This document shows positions 57,567 through 64,000 of a DNA stretch of 64,000 nucleotides, in pieces. The stretch comes from Crassostrea angulata (taxonomy: Eukaryota), in NCBI RefSeq assembly GCF_025612915.1, contig NC_069115.1:8295492-8359491 (forward strand), in the 5' to 3' direction. Each line of letters starts with the position of its first letter. Positions within the stretch are counted from its first letter, which is position 1. Made by a program: the position numbers and the translations under genes. Below the pieces are notes generated by a model. That model worked only from the letters and a program-made list of their open reading frames with translations, searched no databases and was not told the origin of the DNA.

Positions 57567-57687
57567 GAGAACCTTGGAGCCTCTTCTCCTGGAAGGTCCT
57601 GGGTCACCGTTACCATGGAAGTCGATGAAAACAATGTACTCATAGTGGCAGTCAAAGACAATCAATCAGGAACAGAACTCATATCAG
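57567..57687 (+). CDS. Hsp70-family exon (SBD beta)
   Basis: Encodes ENLGASSPGRSWVTVTMEVDENNVLIVAVKDNQSGTELIS, compared with Hsp70 [41 protein letters not shown]; acceptor ACAAAG|GAG; donor TCAG|GTCAGA. Confidence 0.75.
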
Positions 57688-58067
57688 GTCAGAAGATCTC
57701 TCAGTGAACCGGTAATTGGTCCACATTATGTTACCGTACATTATTATCCTTGCATGTTTGTTTTGTATGTAATATTAATTATTCCTAACAAAATTTGTCG
57801 CAGGTGTTTTTTGACACGTTATTCAGTCCCGTTTTTTTTTGTAAGTGCAACTCCTCTTGATTTTTGCACAGAATTTCCTAAAACTTTGTAAGGAATTGGG
57901 ACATAATATGTAGATATGTATATTACATGTACAAGGAAATTTCAGTTCCATTATTTTTGCTGGGAATTTTCGCTCTTTAGGCCATTTATTGAATGTAGTT
58001 CATGTGTAATGAAAATTTTTTGAATAAAATTCCAGTGGTATATTACTTTATTTTTCCTTTTAAACAG

Positions 58068-58162
58068 TTACTATTGATAAAGAAAAGAGGAATTTGAGCA
58101 GGGAACAAGTAGAAAATATGGCTGAAAGTGCAGATACAGAGGATTACAAGTCTCTAATTATG
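58068..58162 (+). CDS. Hsp70-family exon (SBD alpha lid)
   Basis: Encodes (V)TIDKEKRNLSREQVENMAESADTEDYKSLIM, compared with Hsp70 [30 protein letters not shown]; acceptor TTTTAAACAG|TT; donor ATG|GTACTG. Confidence 0.7.
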
Positions 58163-58189
58163 GTACTGTTAAGCTTTAAGTCTGCTTTA

Positions 58190-58432
58190 TGTAACTACTG
58201 TGGAATCATTACAATTTGTGGTGGCTCAATTTTCATGGTATTCGTGGGTAACCCTTGCCCACGTATTTACATCCTCAGTGAAATCTAATTATAAAAGGTT
58301 AAGATTACCTACTGAAACTGAAATCTGACTCATCCATGAAATTACATCCCTGGCCCATGAATAAAACAAAAAACCCACTTCAGGAAAATTAGCCCCCAAG
58401 AAATTAAATGATTCCACAGTTTATTACTGTGT
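58190..58432. mobile_element. MITE of the same ACTGTGGAATCAT family (copy 3, inside an Hsp70-like intron, directly 5' of Helentron-like copy B)
   Basis: TACTGTGGAATCATTACAATTTGTGGTGGCTCAATTTTCATGG ... AATGATTCCACAGTT. Confidence 0.55.
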
Positions 58433-58443
58433 GTCTGATTATT

Positions 58444-58505
58444 AGCTCACCTGAGCTAAAAGCTCAAATGAGCTAACCTGATCACATTTTGTCTGTCGTC
58501 CGTCT

Positions 58506-58537
<32 letters not shown>

Positions 58538-60810
58538 ACATCTTCTCAAGAACCACTGGGCCAATTTCAACCCAACTTTGCATAAAGCATCCTTAGCCTA
58601 AAGGGATTCAAAGTTGTGAAAATTAAGGACCATGCCTTTTTTTGCAAAGGGAGATAATTAGGAATTTATGAAAAATTTGAGAAATTTTCAAAAATCTTCT
58701 CACGAACCATTAGACCAGGAAGGCTGAAACTTGTGTGGAAGCATTCTCAGGTAGTGTAGATTCAACGTTGTGAAAATCATGATTCCCTGGGGTAGAGTGA
58801 GGCCACAATGGGGGGGGGGGGGGGGTCAAAGTTTAACAAAGGAATATATAGAGTAAATCTTTAAAAATCTTCTCAGAAACTAATCAGCCAGGAAATCTGA
58901 AACTTGTGTGGAAGCATCCTCAGGTAGTGTAGATTCAAAGTTCTGAAAATCATGATCCCTGGGGGTTGGGTGGGGCCACATGGGGGGGGGGGGGGTGTTA
59001 AAGTTTTACATAGGAACATATAGAGTAAATCTTTAAAAATCTTCTTCTCAAAAACTAATCAGCCAGGAAAGCTGAAACTTGTGTGGAAGCATCCTCAGGT
59101 AGTGTAGTTCTGAAAATAATGACACCCCGGGTAGTAGGGTGGGGCCACAATGGATGGGGGGGGGTCAAAGTTTTACATAGGAATATATAGAGTAAATCTT
59201 TAAAAATCTTCTTCTCAGAAACTAATCAGCCAGATGATTCTTTATGATTGTTAAGATTTTGGCCCCAGGACAATTCTTCGGCCTCACAAGAAGGTTCAGA
59301 GTTTGATGTACCGTATTTTTCGGGGCATAGGCCGGTATTTTTTTCCACCGATGAGCGAGCCCCGGCCTATCCCCCGGGATCGGCTATTCTTAGACTCAAA
59401 GTTAAAAAAATTGAACAGTAAAATATAAAATCCACTGTTTTTATCCGTTGTACTGTTGTAGCTATTTATTATGAGGGTTGTTTTTTTTTCATCCGTTTGA
59501 ACTATTGTTCGATAGTTGTCCAGTTGATAATTTTTGTAATGACATCGTGAGTAATAAAATTTACAGTACTGTACAAGGTATTTCTTTACAATCCCAATCA
59601 AAAGATTTTTTTTCCCACGTTCGTGTATGAACCCTGGAAACTGTTATTGCGTAGTAAAAAAGAAAACGAAACCGGGTAGAATGTAATATGACGGAATTTT
59701 GGCGAATTCTTCATGTCTGCGTTCATAGGAATCACTGGTCTTGGGTGTAGAATAAATCAAATGCTATGTGTTTTTACAGTTAATTTTCTGTTGGATGAAA
59801 TAACGGTATTCTGGTGTCGTGTGTATATACAAAGGTGTGAAACCCGTGACTAAAACACAGCCTGGGGGCACGTAGCCTAGTGTACACAGTTACACTTCAT
59901 TGCATTAACTGTGTTTTTAACATTACAACTTCTCTGCATAACGACAAGTCACTATATAATTAATTAATGGAAAGAACACAAATTAAATATTTTATGTTTG
60001 GTATTTCGTTTTCTCATTCATAGCGATTACGGGGGATAACTCTATTTGAATATGAAACCACGTGTTGAGCTAATGGACGCCATACCCCGTATTTACAAGT
60101 AGCTTTCAAAGTATAACTTGATTAAATGAGATTTAGCAATAAGGTATTAATAAAATATAAAAGGTTTGGTAAAATATTATATTTAGTTCTACCAGACAGA
60201 ACCACGGAGGTTGGTGTTGCAATTATATTTACACTATGTAAAATTACGATGCACAACGATACACCGACGAATACAGAAGAGACCAAACAGCCACAAAACA
60301 CAGATTAATTTTTAAAAATTGCTTGAAATATATATGTTAAGCAAATTTAATAACTTTAATTACTCTTTTGACTTTCTACATCGATATTCTGAAAGTATAT
60401 ACTTAATACGGTGACTTTCTTTATCAGCGGTCATACTTTCACTATAGTAATCATCGATTGAAAACCGGCTTATCCCCCAATTAGGCTAGTCTAAGGATTT
60501 TTCTTGAATTTTGTCTAAAAATTAGCAATTCGGCCTATGCCCCACATCGACATATGCCCCAAAAAATACGGTAGGTTTATATCCCATATATATAAACAAT
60601 TGTTAAGGATCTTTTTGAGAACTGCAATACTCAACATGTGATATGACTATAAAATCACCCTGTTAGAAAAGGGACTAATGATTATAAACATAAGAATATC
60701 CAGGGGGGAAAATTGATTTTATTTATACAGGATCTACATGTATTATTGTACATTGTCCAGATAGTTTGTATTATGACTCCATTAAGCTGATTGTATCATA
60801 CCTATTGTTC

Positions 60811-60847
<37 letters not shown>

Positions 60848-60848
60848 A
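58444..60848 (+). mobile_element. Helentron/pearl-like element, copy B, interrupted by a nested TA-flanked TIR insertion at 59311-60571
   Basis: Same 5' hairpin, (CTGT/CCGT)n and tandem units (58690-59230) as copy A; 59281-59310 and 60574-60848 are contiguous in copy A. Confidence 0.65.
59311..60571. mobile_element. Nested non-autonomous TIR element (1.26 kb) with an 18-bp TIR CCGTATTTTTYGGGGCAT and a TA target duplication
   Basis: CCGTATTTTTCGGGGCAT at 59311-59328 vs ATGCCCCAAAAAATACGG at 60554-60571; TA at 59309-59310 and 60572-60573, while the homologous site in copy A has a single TA; no transposase ORF. Confidence 0.6.
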
Positions 60849-61127
60849 ACCATGATCTACTTGTTGATTATTTAGTGCTTACTTGACCATTGTAAAAAAA
60901 CAATATGGCATTGCGGAAGTAACATCTGGTACTGATTCTTTGCTGTTGGAGGCTTTTTAAATTACAAAAAAATGACAGACGCAAATTAAATAAAGTTGAC
61001 CATAAATCATTTTATTAACCAAGTTTTTTTTCAAACACAGTGTGATTAAAATATATCTGTTAGGTTGTGAATTGTATTAACACCTCTAAATACATTAATA
61101 TTGTGGTTTTTGCTCATTTTTATGTAG

Positions 61128-61182
61128 ACTTCAGGGATGAGATCCAAACTACCTTCCTTACCTAGTGGACTGACAGAAAAAA
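61128..61182 (+). CDS. Hsp70-family small exon (tentative; it restores the phase between flanking exons)
   Basis: Acceptor TTTTATGTAG|ACT; donor AAAAAA|GTAACT; encodes TSGMRSKLPSLPSGLTEK plus 1 nt, which gives the phase 1 required by the next exon. Confidence 0.35.
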
Positions 61183-61290
61183 GTAACTTTACAACCTAAA
61201 CAATTACTTCTTTATTCACATATATTCTGAATTATTGATATGAATCAATTTATTTGTCTATTGATGTTTATTTCTGTCTTGCATTGGCAG

Positions 61291-61400
61291 CACTGGATGA
61301 CATCAACAGCTATGGTATAGGGACGTCAGTCAGTAACATCAGGAAGAGGTCCCCCAACCTCAGCCTCTCCTCTCTTAGATCCATGTTCAGTATCCAACAG
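61291..61400 (+). CDS. Hsp70-family exon (C-terminal lid)
   Basis: Encodes (T)LDDINSYGIGTSVSNIRKRSPNLSLSSLRSMFSIQQ, compared with Hsp70 ..NALESYAFNMKATVEDEK..; acceptor TTGGCAG|CA; donor CAG|GTAGCC. Confidence 0.55.
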
Positions 61401-61903
61401 GTAGCCTTCTCTCTCTTCCACTCCTTGGCCAAGTATATTTTAAGCAATAATATTTTATCTATTTAAAAGTACAATATCTACAATTTAAAGCTTAAAAATT
61501 ATTTTTCCCATGTCACATAGGATTGATCCTATGACACTTGTGATTTTTCCTATGTGACATAAGATTGTACACATGTGACATAAATTTGTACCCCTGTGAC
61601 ATTAGATTGTAATCACGTGACAGAGGATTGTACCCATGTGACATAGGAATGTATCCTTAGCACAATTGTTCCTATGTCACATAGATTTGTTTCGAAATCA
61701 CATAGAATTGTTCCCATGTCACATAGGATGTGTTTACATGTGTTCCCATGTCACATAGAATTGTTCCACTACCATTGTCCACTAAAGGATGGTTACCATG
61801 TCAAATGTCTTTTATTTTGACACCTATCACCTCCCTTGTTTATACATTTAACTATTTAATGTAAAAATGCCATTTAACAAGTTATTAAAATTATTTTTAA
61901 CAG

Positions 61904-62003
61904 AACTGTTTATGGAAGCTTGATGAGAGTTTAGACGAGATGTTTGGAATTGACAGCAAAAAATGCAAGGACATCCTTCAGAAAGCTGGCCTATCTTCAC
62001 TAG
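61904..62003 (+). CDS. Hsp70-family exon (C-terminal)
   Basis: Encodes NCLWKLDESLDEMFGIDSKKCKDILQKAGLSSL, compared with Hsp70 ..ILDKCNEIINWLDKNQ..; acceptor TTTTAACAG|AAC; donor CTAG|GTAATC. Confidence 0.5.
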
Positions 62004-62240
62004 GTAATCAAATTGAGTTTGACTTAATTCATCCAATCAATGAATATTTTGTAAACAAAATTAATAGACTAAGTGTATACAGTAAACTTCATCATTTATC
62101 CATGCAGTAATATGTGGACATCCTTAACTTGTTAGGTTTATACAGTTATACATTTGAACACTTAACGTTAGACTGCCATATTTGATAAATCAGAACCTCA
62201 TAAAATTTTATTTTATATTATTATCTTTTTTTTTCTCCAG

Positions 62241-62428
62241 GTAAACAAGTAACATCAGAGGTGTTTGACATCCTCTCCTCTGCTATAGCCCTGCTCCTCA
62301 TATACAAAACAATTGTCCCAGAGTTATTCCCTCTTAATTTTTCTAACCCAAACACCATGGAAACAGCTTACACAATGGTGAAAGAGAGGTTAGAGGGAAT
62401 GAGCAGTGAGAATGCATCACTGGTGTAA
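62241..62428 (+). CDS. Hsp70-family terminal exon (stop TAA at 62426-62428)
   Basis: Acceptor TTTCTCCAG|GT; ORF (G)KQVTSEVFDILSSAIALLLIYKTIVPELFPLNFSNPNTMETAYTMVKERLEGMSSENASLV*; phase-consistent with the previous exon. Confidence 0.5.
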
Positions 62429-64000
62429 TCACTGAGGAGTTCTGTAGCGGTATACATGGCCAAGAGGCAGAAGTACAACTGGGTCTGCAGCATGCTGGAA
62501 TTAGGTCACTCTTGGGAGGTAGTGGCCAGTAAGATGCTTGGGTATACATCCTCATAAAGAAACAGGGGGCCTTTATGTTGGCTAGGGTTACACATCCTCT
62601 CTAAGAGATTAAAGATATGATGTTATCAGTCAGTTCATAAGTACAACAAGATTATGAGATGGATTATTTTCATCTCTGTGTTAAAGTTTCTAGTATACAA
62701 TGTGTTGTAATATTGAACAATGCAATTATGTGCATATGTCATTCATTTCTTGGCATAATATTATTTGTGGATTTACAAAATCTTCATTGTCGGACTTAAT
62801 TGCAATGAGTGCAATAATTATTGAATTTAAATTTCTTTGTTATATTGTTAATACTTGTATTCAAACAGCTAAAATATTCTAATTTTTGTATAATATCATA
62901 TAATTGTTTTTTACAGATGATATATTGGTGATAAAAATATGTGCTTTATTTCAATAAAACAAATTGATGGATATTTATAACTAGATGACTGTACTTGGAT
63001 AAGAGCACCTTTTCCATAAAACAGGTATTTGTCGTGTGTCTTGATTAGTTTTTGTATGGAAAACTACATATATGTAGTTTTGACAAAGTTTTGATGTTAT
63101 ATTTTTTTATGTGAGTTACACAATCTTTTACGTTAATGATAGGAATCTTGGAACGTTGATAAGCATGCATTTATTGTAAACGCACCTGACCAGAATCTTA
63201 ACATGAATATTAACCTTTAATTGATTTGATTATTTTTTATTAACTGTTTATTTTGTTTAATAATTTAACGTTTTATCCGGTGTACAATGTATGTGAACTT
63301 TACAAATAAACATCTGTTTATTAGGTATATGTCAATAAATCAACTCTTATTATTATATATATTTTTTTAATTTATATGGATTATTTAACTTGTTATTAAG
63401 ATTAATTTTTTTATCTTATAAAATATTGAAAAATTAACTATAATTTTGGCAATGATGAAATATTCCTGTTTATTTTTTAAAAAATTTGCAAAGTTATATA
63501 TTATTCAAGTTAATGTTTAAAATTTCATTTGTATTTAATGTTAATGAATTTATCAAACTGTTTATCAAAATGATGTTAGTTTTTTTTTTGGTTTTTTTTT
63601 ATGTATTTAGTGGTTAATATCCTAATTTTAAGTAATTTTACATCATAGTTATTAAGTGTACTGAAAACACTACATAGGAACTTCAGTCTTCATTTTTGTG
63701 CATCAACTGTGTACATGTGCACAAAAAATTGCTCATACTTAAGAATCTCATAGAGTAGTGTACTTCTTACAAGTACATTTTTTATTTCCCTTTTTTATTG
63801 CTTTTTTTTTTCGATTTTTTATGTTTTGCTTTGTTAAAAATGAATAATATTTTTTTTATATTTATATTTTTATACTGCCTTAATCTGTGATAATTGTTTA
63901 ATTTATTATAATATTGAACGTTTTAAAATAAAGCTGCTTGAATTGTTTGTGCTTTGTTTTCTTATAGTTTAATTATTATATAGAATGATATTCTATTGGC

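Overview
This is eukaryotic DNA, AT-rich with GT-AG introns, microsatellites and many transposons. The repeat content points to a bivalve mollusc, probably oyster-like: several elements look like the 'pearl'/Helentron-type satellite carriers described in Crassostrea, with an (ACGG/CCGT)n microsatellite and internal ~150-170 bp tandem arrays.

The window holds four main things.

(1) A giant palindromic foldback structure at 3534-15322 (about 11.8 kb). Each arm has an ~885-bp unique outer segment and a 4-5 kb tandem satellite. The satellite is a 105-bp higher-order unit built from 5 x 21-bp subunits. A degenerate central junction has its symmetry centre near 8687. The whole structure is bounded by a perfect 7-bp direct repeat, ATTATCA, which is a candidate target-site duplication. 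This is the most unusual object in the window. The long ORFs across it in several frames on both strands are artefacts of a stop-free repeat, not genes.

(2) A complete multi-exon vault poly(ADP-ribose) polymerase gene (PARP4 / vPARP orthologue) on the + strand, 18031-39775. I reconstructed 30 exons with fully consistent splice phases, giving about 1576 aa. The order BRCT, PARP catalytic, VIT, vWA matches human PARP4 segment by segment. Its introns carry many MITE, hAT, Helentron-like and SINE-like insertions.

(3) The 3' region (40-64 kb) is a transposon-rich zone. It contains a degenerate mariner-like element, three Helentron/pearl-like satellite-carrying elements (one with a nested TA-flanked TIR insertion), a recurrent ~230-bp MITE family, and a duplicated proline/glutamine-rich exon.

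(4) A partial Hsp70-family gene (substrate-binding and C-terminal exons) lies on the + strand at 55.8-62.4 kb. Its introns are filled with these repeats.

The supplied ORF track uses alternative start codons and does not model splicing, so most of its entries are not genes. Every coordinate here was counted by eye and may be off by 1-3 bp.
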